Origin: an uncultured Verrucomicrobiae bacterium
GTDB taxonomy: Bacteria > Verrucomicrobiota > Verrucomicrobiia > Opitutales > JABDGR01
Length of the DNA stretch: 64,000 bases
NCBI GenBank assembly: GCA_963765205.1
Contig: CAVXVB010000002.1
Span: 1 to 64,000 of the forward strand
Direction: 5' to 3'
The translations under genes were made by a program, and so were the position numbers. The notes below the pieces were generated by a model. That model saw only the letters and a program-made list of their open reading frames with translations. It made no database searches and was not told the origin of the DNA. Positions 42,732 through 53,555 of this stretch are shown in pieces (the first letter of the stretch is position 1; each line of letters opens with the position of its first letter).

Positions 42732-43382
42732 ATGCCTGTGAGTCAAGACTACCCCTTGCTGATCCTCGCCATTGCCGGCCTTACTGCCTACGTTTTTTAC
42801 GTGTGGCTGGGGGATTTTCGGCACGGGCGCGCGGGGACGCCGGACGCGCGGGCCTTCCCGGGCGCGACGCCGTGTTCGCGGGCGGCGGTCGTGGTCGCGG
42901 TAGCGGGGGCGTTGGTGTTGCTGGGCATGGAAACTGGGGGTGAATACTGCCTGGGCGTGTCGGAGCAGCAAAGCAATATCACCGCGCTTTATTTGGTGGC
43001 GATGGTCTGTGCGGCATTTGGAGAGGAGTTGGTTTTCCGGGGCTTTTTGGTGGTGACGACGCGCGGGCGCGCGGCGTTGGTCGGGAGCATCATTGGCTTT
43101 TCACTGCTCTTTGCGCTGGGGCACCCGTTCTTGTGGGATTGGAAAAGCCTGGCGGACGGCCAGCCCAAACAGTTGGTTTTTGATTTTTCCCTGAAAGCCG
43201 GCTGGAGCGCTGCAATGGTTTTTCTGTTTTCCCTCTGGCAGTATGCGATGCGGTTTCCACTGCGCTATCCCAAGCTCAATCCCCGGGGCTCGCTCATTCC
43301 CTGCATCGCGGCGCATTTGGCGAAGAACCTGGGTGTGTTCGCCATCAAACTCGCGCAGGGGCACGTGAGCGGGTGGTGGTAG
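42732..43382 (+). CDS. CPBP/CAAX intramembrane metalloprotease
   Basis: EELVFRG, FALGH, AAHLAKN. Confidence 0.8.
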   Translation: MPVSQDYPLLILAIAGLTAYVFYVWLGDFRHGRAGTPDARAFPGATPCSRAAVVVAVAGALVLLGMETGGEYCLGVSEQQSNITALYLVAMVCAAFGEELVFRGFLVVTTRGRAALVGSIIGFSLLFALGHPFLWDWKSLADGQPKQLVFDFSLKAGWSAAMVFLFSLWQYAMRFPLRYPKLNPRGSLIPCIAAHLAKNLGVFAIKLAQGHVSGWW

Positions 43383-43446
43383 GAGGCGCGGGCGGATGGT
43401 CTATTGCGGGGTTGCCTCGCCAGTGGATTTTTGTCAAAGGTCGGTA

Positions 43447-44343
43447 GTGAGAATTGCCCCATTCGCAAATCGTATCGTTCGTCAACTGGCGGCGCTGGGT
43501 GCCTGCCTTCTGGCTGGTGTCATGGTTCGCGCTGCGGAGAGTTCTCCTGCGCCAGCGGCGATCCCGACCCCGGCAGCCTCGACGGCAGCCGTCGCGCTGG
43601 CAAATTCGACTTCTACTGCGCCCGGGGCCAGTAAACCAAACACGGCCATCATCGCGGTGCCGCAGCGGACGGAGGATGGGTTGCCGCAGAGCGCCGTCAC
43701 AGCCTACGAGCGGGAGCACGCCGCTTATGCCGCGTTGGCCAAAGCGGGCGGCATTGATGTGTTGTTCCTGGGCGATTCCATCACGGATGGCTGGCATAGC
43801 GTTGGTCAGGCGGTGTGGAAGCAGTATTATGGTTCGCAGAAGGCGGCGAATTTCGGCATCGGCTACGACCGCACGCAGCATGTGTTGTGGCGGCTGCAAA
43901 ACGGCGAGGGCCAAGGTTTTGCGCCCAAGGTGGTGGTGCTATTGATCGGGACGAACAACGCGGGCGTGAACACCAATGAGGAGGCCGCGGCGGGGGTTGG
44001 CGCCGTGGTGGCCGAACTGCGGAAGGATTTTCCCTACGCCAAAATTTTACTGATGGGCATTTTCCCGCGCGGCAATCCCGGCGACGCGGCCCGCCGGCAA
44101 GTCGCCGCCATCAACCAAGTCATTGCCAAGCTTAATGACGGCCGTCATGTATTCTACCTCGATATTTCCGCAAAATTTTTGGACGCGGATGGCAACATGC
44201 TCCCCGGCGTGATGCGCGACGCCCCAAAACTCCACCCCTCCGCCGCGGGCTACACGATTTGGGCCGAGGCGATCAAGGAGCCTCTGGCGAATTTGCTGGC
44301 GGGGCGGCCGGCGTTTGGGGAGTCGGGCATTGCGGCAAAATGA
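43447..44343 (+). CDS. Secreted SGNH/GDSL acetylesterase (start uncertain)
   Basis: FLGDSITDGW, NFGIGYDRT, LIGTNN, LHP. Confidence 0.85.
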   Translation: MRIAPFANRIVRQLAALGACLLAGVMVRAAESSPAPAAIPTPAASTAAVALANSTSTAPGASKPNTAIIAVPQRTEDGLPQSAVTAYEREHAAYAALAKAGGIDVLFLGDSITDGWHSVGQAVWKQYYGSQKAANFGIGYDRTQHVLWRLQNGEGQGFAPKVVVLLIGTNNAGVNTNEEAAAGVGAVVAELRKDFPYAKILLMGIFPRGNPGDAARRQVAAINQVIAKLNDGRHVFYLDISAKFLDADGNMLPGVMRDAPKLHPSAAGYTIWAEAIKEPLANLLAGRPAFGESGIAAK

Positions 44344-44347
44344 AGGG

Positions 44348-44707
44348 CTACCCCACGTCAATGTCACAGAGGGAATATAAAAAGAAAATAGAGTACATGT
44401 ATCCGGCAAAAAACACAAAAAACAAAGTGAGTTTCTTTGCTGAATTTGCGTGCCCATCCGTTGCCAATCGAAATGTCTGAAAAAGCAATGCTGATGACAG
44501 TAGCGAAACAGAAAGCCAGCAGAGAAAATCTATTATTCCTGAATCGCCATGATAATGAACCGGTGCCCTTCGCGATATTTCTATGGAATAAAGTTCCAGC
44601 GCGCGATTCCCAAAGATAGAGGCGAAATAGGCGAAGTTCAGCAAGGGCAGGAGCAGACCAAGCCACTGCCTTAAGGTCGGCAATTTATAGAAGGCGGAAG
44701 CACTCAT
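44348..44707 (-). CDS. Low-GC hypothetical membrane protein (about 3 TM)
   Basis: Open AT-rich frame with three hydrophobic segments and no recognisable family. Confidence 0.5.
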   Translation of the reverse strand: MSASAFYKLPTLRQWLGLLLPLLNFAYFASIFGNRALELYSIEISRRAPVHYHGDSGIIDFLCWLSVSLLSSALLFQTFRLATDGHANSAKKLTLFFVFFAGYMYSIFFLYSLCDIDVG

Positions 44708-44816
44708 GGCCTGGACAACTACGTCATATCCCCACATGGATGGATTGTTCAACAAAAAATAAGAATTGCCGCGTCCAGCGGAAAAATCCCAGCTTCTAGC
44801 CTCGGTGGATTGGGCC

Positions 44817-45017
44817 TCGCGGAGCTAGGCAGCGAGATTAGCCGGGGGTTTTAACCCCCGGAATGGGTAAGAGGGGAACTGCGTCGCGTCGCGACGCTTG
44901 AAAGAGGCGCATCGTGCATTTGACTGAATTTCAAGCGTCACTACGCGACGCACTGCGGATGGTATTCCGTTTCCGTGGACTGAAGTCTACGGCTATGTTC
45001 GAGTCGTTGCTCCGCGA
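44817..45017. repeat. REP/REPIN-like nested palindromic element
   Basis: Three paired arm segments: 44817-44825/45009-45017, 44839-44863/44971-44995, 44880-44903/44929-44952. Confidence 0.75.
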
Positions 45018-45061
45018 CTTCATGAAAGGCGAGATGCGCATGTATTCATTCTCATTAAAAA

Positions 45062-47549
45062 TCACCCCAGCGTCCCTCGTGTCACACCCAATTGGTTGGT
45101 GGCCTTGAGTTCGCGCCAGAGGTCGGGGCCGTTGATTTCGCCATGGAGGAGTTGGCGGTAGCTATCGAGGGTGCGCGTCACGTCGTCGGCGGATTCGTGC
45201 AGGAATTCGATGCGGAAGGCGGGTGCGCCGAGCGCGGCGAGATGGCGGGCGAATTCCGCGCCGGTTTGCGCGCGGGCGTTGTAGAGCGTGTTGCGGCAGC
45301 CGGCGTCGGCCTTGAGCGTGTGCAGCGCGCCGACGCGGTCGCGCAGGCGCACTTCGCGTGTGTCGCAGGGGCGGCCGCAGTCGCGGTAATCCTTGCCCTT
45401 GGTGAGGAAGGCGCAAAATACGCAATGCTCCATGTGGAAGAGGGGCATGTGCTGGTGAATGGTGATCTCGAACCACGTCGGCGGCGCGGCGCGCAGCAGC
45501 GCATCGAGCTGGCGGATGTTCAAGTCGTAGGAGGCGGTCAGCCGCTCCAGCCCGTATTCGGCAATGAAATACTCCGCGGTGAGCGGGTTGACGACATTGA
45601 GGGAAAAATCCCCGCGCCTGCGGTCGTGCTTGAAAAATTCGAGATGGTCGTAATTGCGCACGAGGTAGCCGTCGGCCTCACATGAACGGACTTGTTTCAA
45701 AATCCATTCCTCGCCGGTTTTGAAAATTCTCGGCGGCATGACCCAGATTTCGACGGGTTGGCCGTCGAGTGGCGGGAGCGCGCGGATGAATTTCACGGCG
45801 TCGCGGTAGCGTTTGGGGTCTTCAAATTCGGCGTAGATCGTGCGTGGCGACCGCGGCGGCGGCTTCCAGTTGCGCCATCGTGCGTATGACGAGGATGAGT
45901 TCGGGTTCGGCGGTTGGTGATGCGGTGCGCGGTAGGGACGCCTCTCCGAGGCGTCCGGGTTCGCCTTCGACCGTCTCATTGATGGTCCACCGTTGCGGGG
46001 CGGCGCGCAATTCATCAAGGCGGGTGGCCAATTCGCGGCGCAGGCGGTTGGTCTCGCTCACGGGCAAAATGACGGCGCCTTCGACGCGAAAATCCAAATC
46101 CGCCAGCGCGAGCGGCGTGCCGCCGAGGCGGTCCAGTTGCGCGCGCAAACTTTCCTTGGTCAGGGGCTGGTTGGTGGCCGGTTGCAACGGCACAGTGGAA
46201 TCCATCCGTGCCTCGCGCCCATGGGCATCGCGGATTTCCAGCGTCAGCGGCGCGCCGGCGTGGCCGTGCGCGGCGAACCAGACCGGCTCGCGGCGGCGCG
46301 ATTGTTCGCCGGTGAAGGTTGCGCGAATTTTTTTTTCGAGGGCGGGGTCGCTGGTTTTCCAGACGCGCTGGCCAGGGCGCACGCGGTCGAAATTCACCCG
46401 CGCCGGGTCAAAGCTTAACGCGGTTTCACCGTTTTTGGTTTTGAGGGTGAAGATGCGACCGCCCTCCTCGCCCTCGTCGGGCCGGCCGGCGTCGAAGACG
46501 ACGCCGTCGCCCGCCTTGACCGGCGCGGCGGGGCGCAGCCAGACGACGGGCGCGGTGACGCGGGCGACCTCGCCCAGATACACGCCGCGCTTTGTGCCGA
46601 AGCGCGCGTGGACGAGTTTTTGGTTGTCAATGCCGCCAAGCCAGCCGGTGAAGAGGCCGCGTGAAAAACTCATTTCCAAATCATAGCGCGTGTCGCGCGT
46701 GATTTGCCCGGCGACCGCACCCGCCTGCGCGGGCGGGCTGGCGGCCAGCTTATCAATCGCCTGGCGATAGACGCGGGTGACGTTGGCGACGTATTCCGGC
46801 GTTTTCAGCCGGCCTTCGATTTTGAGCGACGCGACGCCGGCGCGCGCCAACTCGGGCAAAACTTCCAAGCCCGACAAATCCTGCGGGCTGAGCAGGTAGC
46901 GCCGGTCGCCCAGCTCGACTTTTTCACCGTCGGCGATGAGGTCGTAAGTCATGCGGCAGGCCTGCGCGCACTCGCCGCGGTTGGCGGAGCGCCCGCCGAG
47001 AGCCTCGCTGGTCAGACACTGCCCCGAATACGCGACACAGAGCGCGCCATGGACAAAGACCTCGAGCGGCACGGCCACCGGCGAACTGGCGTGAATTTTT
47101 TCGATCTCCGCAATCGAGCACTCACGCGCGAGCACGACCAGCGACGCCCCGAGCTTATGCGCGAAGGCCACGCCCGCCGCGCTCGTCACGGTCATCTGCG
47201 TCGAGGCATGGATGGGAAAATCCGGCGACAGGCGGCGAATCAGCCGCGCGATGCCGATGTCCTGCACGATGAGAGCGTCCGCGCCGGCGCTGATGATGGC
47301 ACGCAACGAGCGCTCGGCGTCGGCCAGTTCATCGGTGAAAATGAGCGTATTGAAGGTCACATAGCCGCGCACGCCGTGGCGGTGAAGGTAGGCCATCAAC
47401 TCCGGCAAATCCGCCTCGGTGAAATTAGCCGCGCGCAGGCGGGCATTGAAGCGCCCCAGGCCGAAATAAATCGCGTTCGCGCCGTTTTCGACGGCGGCGC
47501 GCGCGCAATCCCAATTGCCGGCAGGCGATAGCAGGTCAAGGCCAGACAT
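45062..47549 (-). CDS. U32-family protein with DUF3656-like region (RlhA-like; frameshift ~45850)
   Basis: LLSPAG, HASTQM, HGALCVAYSGQC, SANRGECAQACR, LKIEGR and C-terminal FHMEHCVFC...CGRPC. Confidence 0.87.
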
Positions 47550-47557
47550 GTTTCTAT

Positions 47558-47648
47558 TTCACCGCAAAGCCGCCAAGAACGCAAAGGGGAAAGATTCGTT
47601 CATCAAAAACACTTCTTTGCTTTGCGACCTTGGCAGCTTTGCGGTGAA
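47558..47648. repeat. Second copy of the TTCACCGCAAAG inverted repeat
   Basis: Arms at 47558-47586 and 47620-47648. Confidence 0.8.
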
Positions 47649-47681
47649 GATTCCTGACTCTGTCACGTATGGTTGAACAAT

Positions 47682-49286
47682 TTATTCCGCAATCAAACTC
47701 TGGCCGGTCATGGCGGCGGGCTGGGGGAGGCCCATCAGGCGCAGGAGGGTCGGCGCGAGGTCGGCCAGGCGGCCGGGTGGCTGCTGGCGCAGTTGCAAGC
47801 CTTGCAGGCCGTGGCCGTAAACCACAACTTCCACCGGGTTGAGCGTGTGTCGTGTATGCGGGCCGTTGGATTCGAAGTCCCACATCTGGTCCGCGTTGCC
47901 GTGGTCGGCGGTGATGACGGCCGCACCGCCCACCTCGTCGAGCGCGGCAAGCAAGTCGCCCAGGCAGGCGTCCACCGTCTCGCAGGCCTTGATGACGGCG
48001 GGCAGCGAGCCGGTGTGGCCGACCATGTCGGGGTTGGCAAAATTAACGACGATCAGGCCGTATTTTTTGCTCAGGATGGCGGCGCGGGCGGCGTCGCGCA
48101 CGCCGAAGGCGCTCATCTCGGGCTGCTGGTCGTAGGTGACAAGCGGTTCGCCGTTGGGCAGCAACTTGGGCGAGGGGATGATGGCGCGCTCCTCGCCGGG
48201 GAACGGCTCTTCGCGGTAGTCGTTGAAGAAAAAGGTGACGTGCGGAAACTTCTCCGTCTCCGCGCAGCGGAACTGCGGGATGCCCTGGGCGGCGACATAG
48301 GCGCCGAGGATGTCGGGCATTTTCGGCGGCTTCTCGAAGAGCACGTTTGGGCAGAGGCCTTCCTCGTAATTGGTCATCGTCGCGTAGTAAAGGCCGAGCT
48401 TGGGGCCGCGGTCGAAGCCTTTGAAATTGTCGTCGGTGAAGGCGCGGGTGATTTCGCGCGGGCGGTCGCCGCGAAAGTTGAAGAAGATGACGCCGTCGCC
48501 GTTTTTCACGACCGCCACGGGTTTGCCGTCCGCGCCGACGATTTGAGTGGGGAGGACAAATTCGTCGCCCTTCATGGTTTCCTGCGCGGGGTGGTCGTAG
48601 TAGGCCTGCACGGCGGAGGCGGCGCGGGGGGCAGAGCGTTCGACCTTGCGGCCGGTGAGAGCGTCATAGGCTTTTTGCACGCGGTCCCAGCGTTTGTCGC
48701 GGTCCATTGCCCAATAGCGGCCGGTGACGCTGGCGATTTTGCCGACGCCGATTTCGGCGCATTTTTTCTCGAGCTGCTGGATATAGCCGAGGCCGGCGGT
48801 TGGCGGGCTGTCGCGCCCGTCCATGAAGGCGTGGATGAAGACGCGCTTGAGGCCGGCTTTTTTGGCGAGTTCGAGCAGGGCGTAAAGATGTTCGAGCATC
48901 GAGTGGACGCCGGCGTCGGAGACCAAGCCCATCAAGTGCAGCGCGCCGCCTTTTTTCTCGCGGTCGAACGCAGCCTTCATGACCGGCGAGGACGCGATGG
49001 AGCCGGTGGCAAAGCCCTTGTCAATGCGCACGAGTTCCTGGTCCACGATGCGCCCGGCGCCGATGTTCTGGTGGCCGACTTCGCTGTTGCCCATGACGCC
49101 TGGCGGCAGGCCGACATCCAGCCCGCAGGCGAGGATTTCCGTGCGCGGCCACTCGGCGGTCAGGCGGCGCGAGACGGGCGCGTTCGCGAGCTTGACGGCG
49201 TTGCAGGCATCGTGCGCTGGGTTGTGATTGGACCCCCAGCCGTCACGGATGACGAGGAGGACGGGCTTGTAGGCGGGAAGGGTCAT
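47682..49286 (-). CDS. gpmI: 2,3-bisphosphoglycerate-independent phosphoglycerate mutase
   Basis: [40 protein letters not shown]. Confidence 0.96.
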   Translation of the reverse strand: MTLPAYKPVLLVIRDGWGSNHNPAHDACNAVKLANAPVSRRLTAEWPRTEILACGLDVGLPPGVMGNSEVGHQNIGAGRIVDQELVRIDKGFATGSIASSPVMKAAFDREKKGGALHLMGLVSDAGVHSMLEHLYALLELAKKAGLKRVFIHAFMDGRDSPPTAGLGYIQQLEKKCAEIGVGKIASVTGRYWAMDRDKRWDRVQKAYDALTGRKVERSAPRAASAVQAYYDHPAQETMKGDEFVLPTQIVGADGKPVAVVKNGDGVIFFNFRGDRPREITRAFTDDNFKGFDRGPKLGLYYATMTNYEEGLCPNVLFEKPPKMPDILGAYVAAQGIPQFRCAETEKFPHVTFFFNDYREEPFPGEERAIIPSPKLLPNGEPLVTYDQQPEMSAFGVRDAARAAILSKKYGLIVVNFANPDMVGHTGSLPAVIKACETVDACLGDLLAALDEVGGAAVITADHGNADQMWDFESNGPHTRHTLNPVEVVVYGHGLQGLQLRQQPPGRLADLAPTLLRLMGLPQPAAMTGQSLIAE

Positions 49287-49363
49287 AAGGAAAGGCAGAA
49301 TGTAGAAGGTAGAATGAAGAATGCAGAATGAAAACCAAAATCGGGGCGTCGGAAAGGGTGGAT

Positions 49364-49729
49364 TCAAGTGGTCGGGAGGTCGTTTCCGGGCAACGGCGGA
49401 GGCAGATGGGGGGTGACGCGGCGGCGCAGGAGGTCAATGAGTTCGGGTTGCATGAAGCCGTATTCGTCGGGGATATCCAGGCAGATGATGCGCTGGTCTT
49501 TCAGATAAGGCCGGAATTTTTGCGCGAGGCGGCGGCGGTGCGTTTTTTCCATGACGAAGATGAGGTTTGCCCAGGTGAGCAGTTCGGGCGTGACCTCGAC
49601 CTCGGCTCGGTGGTCGGTGCCCGCCGAAGCAACTTCAATGCCCGGCCAATCCGTAAACACGTTTTCCGCCGTCGGGCTGCGCTGGCGGTTGGCACTGCAG
49701 ATGAAGAGAACGTGCTTTGGCTCGAGCAT
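49364..49729 (-). CDS. Low-molecular-weight phosphotyrosine phosphatase family protein
   Basis: [17 protein letters not shown]-loop and LDIPD. Confidence 0.85.
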   Translation of the reverse strand: MLEPKHVLFICSANRQRSPTAENVFTDWPGIEVASAGTDHRAEVEVTPELLTWANLIFVMEKTHRRRLAQKFRPYLKDQRIICLDIPDEYGFMQPELIDLLRRRVTPHLPPPLPGNDLPTT

Positions 49730-49836
49730 GGCAGAGAGAAAATAACCCAAAACCGAACTTTGTAAACACCGGCTGACACCTGCCTTTGGGCTTGCCTGAC
49801 GAGCCGGGAAGGATTTAACTCACCCTTCCGACCTAT

Positions 49837-49913
49837 GGGGGCATAGCTCAGTTGGCTAGAGCGCATCCTTGACATGGATGAGGTCACAGGTTCGAGCCCT
49901 GTTGCTCCCACCA
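49837..49913 (+). tRNA. tRNA-Val(GAC)
   Basis: Acceptor GGGGGCA/TGCTCCC, anticodon arm CATCC-TTGACAT-GGATG, GGTTCGAGCC T arm, encoded CCA. Confidence 0.96.
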
Positions 49914-50125
49914 GTTTCCGCAAGTAAGAATTAGGAATTAAGAATTAAGAAAGCAAGGCCGGCAGAGGACTAAAACCTTTCCGGTGGAATTTTCCGGCTA
50001 TTTGTTTCGTCATTCATCATTCGTGATTTGATAATTTCGCCCGCGCATCCCCATCCGCGGCTTGCTTCGCGCCACTGGATTCTCTACGTTCATCGTTCCG
50101 CGCCTGTCTTGGCGCGCTTCTCCTT

Positions 50126-51364
50126 ATGGCCCACCTCAACGATCATTTTTTCAAACTCAAGGCCGGTTACCTTTTTCCGGAAATCGGCCGGCGGGTGAAG
50201 GCTTTTTGCGAGGCCCACCCGGCCGCCGCCCCGCGCGTCATCCGCTGCGGCATTGGTGACGTTACCGAGCCGCTGCCACCCGCCGTCATCGCGGCCCTGC
50301 ATCAAGCCGTGGACGAGATGGCCGTGCGTGAGACCTTCAAGGGTTACGGCCCGGAGCAGGGCTACGAGTGGCTGCGCCAGGCCATCGCGCAACATGATTT
50401 CCGCAGCCGCGGGCTGGACATCGCCGACGACGAGATTTTTGTCAGCGACGGCTCGAAGTGCGATTGCGGCAACATCCTCGACATCCTCGGCGCGAAAAAC
50501 AAACTCGGCATCAGCGACCCGGTGTATCCCGTGTATGTGGACACGAACGTCATGGCCGGCCACACCGGCGAGGCGAACGCGGCGGGCCGCTACGGCAAAA
50601 TCACCTACCTGCCCTGCACGGCGGCCAACGGCTTCATGCCCGCGCCGCCCGCGAAGCCGCTCGACGTCGTTTACCTCTGCTCGCCGAACAACCCGACCGG
50701 GGCCGCCGCCACGCGCGCGCAGCTCGAGGCCTGGGTGCAATACGCCCTCGCGCACAAAACGCTGCTGCTGTTCGACGCCGCCTACGAGGCCTACATCACC
50801 GACCCGGCGTTGCCGCATTCGATTTACGAAATCCCCGGCGCGCTCGAATGCGCAATTGAGTTCCGCAGCTTTTCCAAAAACGGCGGTTTCACCGGTCTGC
50901 GCTGCGCGTTCACCGTGGTGCCCCATACGCTTCTCGCGCAGACCAAGGCCGGCGAGTTCAAGCCGCTGCATCCGCTCTGGCTCCGGCGCACGACGACGAA
51001 GTTCAACGGCGTGAGCTATATCGTGCAGCGCGCCGCCGCGGCGCTTTATTCGCCCGAGGGCCAGGCGCAGGTGCGCGCGCTCGTCACGCATTATCTGGGC
51101 AACGCGCAGGTCTTGCGCGAGGGGGCGCGGCGCGCGGGACTGAAAGTGTTCGGCGGCGTGAACGCGCCGTATATCTGGGTGCGCACGCCCAAGGGTGTCA
51201 CCAGTTGGGCGGCGTTCGACAAAATTTTGCAGGAAGCCAACGTGGTCATCACGCCGGGCAGCGGATTTGGCGCGAAGGGCGAGGGCTATTTCCGCATCAG
51301 CGCCTTCAACAGCCGCGCGAACGCCGAGGAAGTCGCCCGCCGCCTGCCGGAATTGAAGTGGTAA
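50126..51364 (+). CDS. dapL: LL-diaminopimelate aminotransferase
   Basis: [45 protein letters not shown]. Confidence 0.94.
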   Translation: MAHLNDHFFKLKAGYLFPEIGRRVKAFCEAHPAAAPRVIRCGIGDVTEPLPPAVIAALHQAVDEMAVRETFKGYGPEQGYEWLRQAIAQHDFRSRGLDIADDEIFVSDGSKCDCGNILDILGAKNKLGISDPVYPVYVDTNVMAGHTGEANAAGRYGKITYLPCTAANGFMPAPPAKPLDVVYLCSPNNPTGAAATRAQLEAWVQYALAHKTLLLFDAAYEAYITDPALPHSIYEIPGALECAIEFRSFSKNGGFTGLRCAFTVVPHTLLAQTKAGEFKPLHPLWLRRTTTKFNGVSYIVQRAAAALYSPEGQAQVRALVTHYLGNAQVLREGARRAGLKVFGGVNAPYIWVRTPKGVTSWAAFDKILQEANVVITPGSGFGAKGEGYFRISAFNSRANAEEVARRLPELKW

Positions 51365-51379
51365 CGCAGAATTCCGCGT

Positions 51380-52606
51380 TCAGCCCTTGCCTTCGAGGAA
51401 CATTTGCAGCGCACCTTGCAGCAGGCCGTGGCAGAGGGGCTGCGCGCGGCGGTCGAGGATTTCGGTTTGGCGGAGGAATTTCGCGTAGGCGGGCGGGGCG
51501 TCGCCGGGAAAGCCGTGGAACCAGGCGGCGAATAGTTCGCGGTTGGCCTGCGCGGCGGTGAGCGGCAGCAGCACGTCGCCGATCAGCGTGTCCAGCCGCG
51601 CGCCCTGCCAGACGTTGGCGAAAACCTCCTGCGCGACATATTTCCGCAGCGCCGTCAATTTGTGCCGCCGGCGAAATGGCCCGGAGTCTTCGACCGCCGT
51701 CGCGCCTTCCGGCCAATCTTTCGCCAGTCGGAGCAACGCCTGCGGCCAATCGGGTTGCGCCGCGACGACTTTCGCATATTGTTCGAGCCGCAGGCGCGGA
51801 TGGTTCGCGGGGCGCAGGCCGGCAAGTTTCCAGCGGCCTTTTTCCTCTTCGAAGAGCAGGCCGGGCAGGGGCGCGTGTCTAGCCCAGGCGGCCAGCGGAT
51901 ATTTCAGCGCCAGGGCCGACATCGGCGGGCGGTTGCGGCGGTAGCCGAGCGCCTCGAGCGTCAACTGGTGGCACGCCTCGGCGAAACCGGCCTGGGCAAT
52001 GCGGTGCGCGGCGAAGGCGCGTTTTTGCCGCCAGCGGTGCAGCGCGCGGTCGAGCAGCCGCGCGAGGCGGTCGGCCGGGGGGCGGCGCAAAAACTCCTCG
52101 AGCGGGCCGAGCGGGTCGCGCCCCTCGGCGGCGAGGAGAGCCTCGTCTGCGGCGTATTCCTCCAAATCACGCTCGAGATGGTCGAGGAGGACGACCTGTT
52201 CGAGCGTCTGGCCCGCGCTGGTGCGCGGCGCCGGCTCGTCCGCCGCGGGCGGAAACAGCAGCACATGCAGGGCGACGCCCGCGTAGTTCGGGTCCCGGCC
52301 GTGGCCGTGGGCGGCCCAATCGCGCGCCTGGAAATGCACCTCGACATCGCCGCGCACGCGCCGGCCGTCGAGTTCCCATTCGCCGCCGTGAAAGTCCGGC
52401 CCCTCCTGCAAATTCCAGCGCCCCGGATGCCGCACGCGCAGCGCGTGGCCCGAGAGGGTGCGCAGGTTCGCGGCGCGATAATCCCTGCGCAGCCAGATCT
52501 TCTGCACCACGCGCTCGGAAACGGTATACGGCCCATACCAGCCCTGCATTTCGGCCACGATCGGCTCGGCGGGGAATGGCTCGGCCACGGCAAACGGCGT
52601 GCTCAT
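51380..52606 (-). CDS. DUF2851 family protein
   Basis: PGRWNLQEGPDF, GDVEVH, WAAHGHGRDPNY, RPANHP. Confidence 0.8.
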   Translation of the reverse strand: MSTPFAVAEPFPAEPIVAEMQGWYGPYTVSERVVQKIWLRRDYRAANLRTLSGHALRVRHPGRWNLQEGPDFHGGEWELDGRRVRGDVEVHFQARDWAAHGHGRDPNYAGVALHVLLFPPAADEPAPRTSAGQTLEQVVLLDHLERDLEEYAADEALLAAEGRDPLGPLEEFLRRPPADRLARLLDRALHRWRQKRAFAAHRIAQAGFAEACHQLTLEALGYRRNRPPMSALALKYPLAAWARHAPLPGLLFEEEKGRWKLAGLRPANHPRLRLEQYAKVVAAQPDWPQALLRLAKDWPEGATAVEDSGPFRRRHKLTALRKYVAQEVFANVWQGARLDTLIGDVLLPLTAAQANRELFAAWFHGFPGDAPPAYAKFLRQTEILDRRAQPLCHGLLQGALQMFLEGKG

Positions 52607-52651
52607 GCCGCCAGTATTCCGTATGCATCCGTCCGTTTCCAGCCTAAAGAG

Positions 52652-52699
52652 GCGCGTTTTTTGGAGACGGAAAAGAGGAACTCGCGCAGAGGCGCAGAG
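52652..52699 (+). repeat. Direct repeat copy 1 flanking the nucleotidyltransferase module
   Basis: 43/48 identical to 53442-53488. Confidence 0.75.
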
Positions 52700-52718
52700 C
52701 CGCAAAGAAAACCGAAAG

Positions 52719-53216
52719 CTACGGTTTGGCTTGCTGCCGCTTGATTCGTTCCAGAATTTCCCGGTCTTCCACATCGCGGGCGCGATACGAACGTTTCAGC
52801 TTGAGCATCAAGTCCAAGTTAGCGAAGGGAATTTTCACTCCCTCGACTTCATGCCAAAGAATGTCCTTCGCCGCCTCTTCGTAGGACACACCACACGCTT
52901 TGGTCATCAGGTCCACAGTCACCTCATCGAACACTCGCACCACAACCACCGCGGCCATGTCTTCGTCCGGGCCTAGTTCCTTGATGGCTTGATCCGGCAG
53001 GATTTCCAACGCCTGGCGCACGCGGCTTTGGTTGGGCCGGTCGCTGGCGATGAGAAAATCAATATCCTGGGTGGCGCGATTGACCCCGTGGTGGTTGACG
53101 GCAAAGCCGCCCACCACGATATATTTTGCCCCCAGCCGGTTCAATTCCCGGGCGAGGGCGACGAGGTCGTCGTTGGTGGGCGAGCGGCTCGGAAGGTTCG
53201 GTGTTTCCATGTCCAT
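52719..53216 (-). CDS. Pol-beta-superfamily nucleotidyltransferase (DUF6036/MenT/AbiEii-like)
   Basis: VVGGFAVNHHG..RATQDIDF, LKLK, R..D.ED. Confidence 0.75.
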   Translation of the reverse strand: MDMETPNLPSRSPTNDDLVALARELNRLGAKYIVVGGFAVNHHGVNRATQDIDFLIASDRPNQSRVRQALEILPDQAIKELGPDEDMAAVVVVRVFDEVTVDLMTKACGVSYEEAAKDILWHEVEGVKIPFANLDLMLKLKRSYRARDVEDREILERIKRQQAKP

Positions 53217-53374
53217 TCTTCACATTCCTCGAAAGATTTAAACCCCTTGGCCGTGCGCGGCTGGGAGAAACTGCCGGCGCCGAGTTCGCTGGTCATGCGC
53301 TGCAGTTTCACAAAGCGATCCCACGACGTGCCTTTCAGCCGTCCGACGACCCTCATGCCCTCCGTGGTTTCCAT
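53141..53374 (-). CDS. Small protein overlapping the nucleotidyltransferase (putative antitoxin)
   Basis: 77 aa with KGFKSFEECEEW, directly behind a promoter. Confidence 0.6.
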   Translation of the reverse strand: METTEGMRVVGRLKGTSWDRFVKLQRMTSELGAGSFSQPRTAKGFKSFEECEEWTWKHRTFRAARPPTTTSSPSPGN

Positions 53375-53380
53375 GCTCCA

Positions 53381-53409
53381 ACCCTAGCCCGCGTCGGCGG
53401 CCGCGTCAA
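53381..53409 (-). promoter_or_regulatory. Sigma70-type promoter, probably leaderless transcript
   Basis: TTGACG-17 bp-TAGGGT-6 bp-ATG(53374). Confidence 0.55.
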
Positions 53410-53441
53410 GCCCGGGCCGGGTGCTTTCGCGGTGCTTCCGC

Positions 53442-53488
53442 GCGTGTTTTTGGAGGCGGAGAAGAGGAACTCGCGCAGAGCCGCAGAG
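53442..53488 (+). repeat. Direct repeat copy 2 flanking the nucleotidyltransferase module
   Basis: 43/48 identical to 52652-52699. Confidence 0.75.
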
Positions 53489-53555
53489 AAAGCGGAAAGA
53501 AGAAAGCGCTTTTTTGAGGGTTGCCGGAGTATGGGGGTGCATTAAGGCAAGCGCT

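Noticed and set aside
41448..53488. Repeats as a CRISPR array or integron attC sites
   Set aside because: There is no regular repeat-spacer series, no cas or intI gene, and no clear attC core sites.
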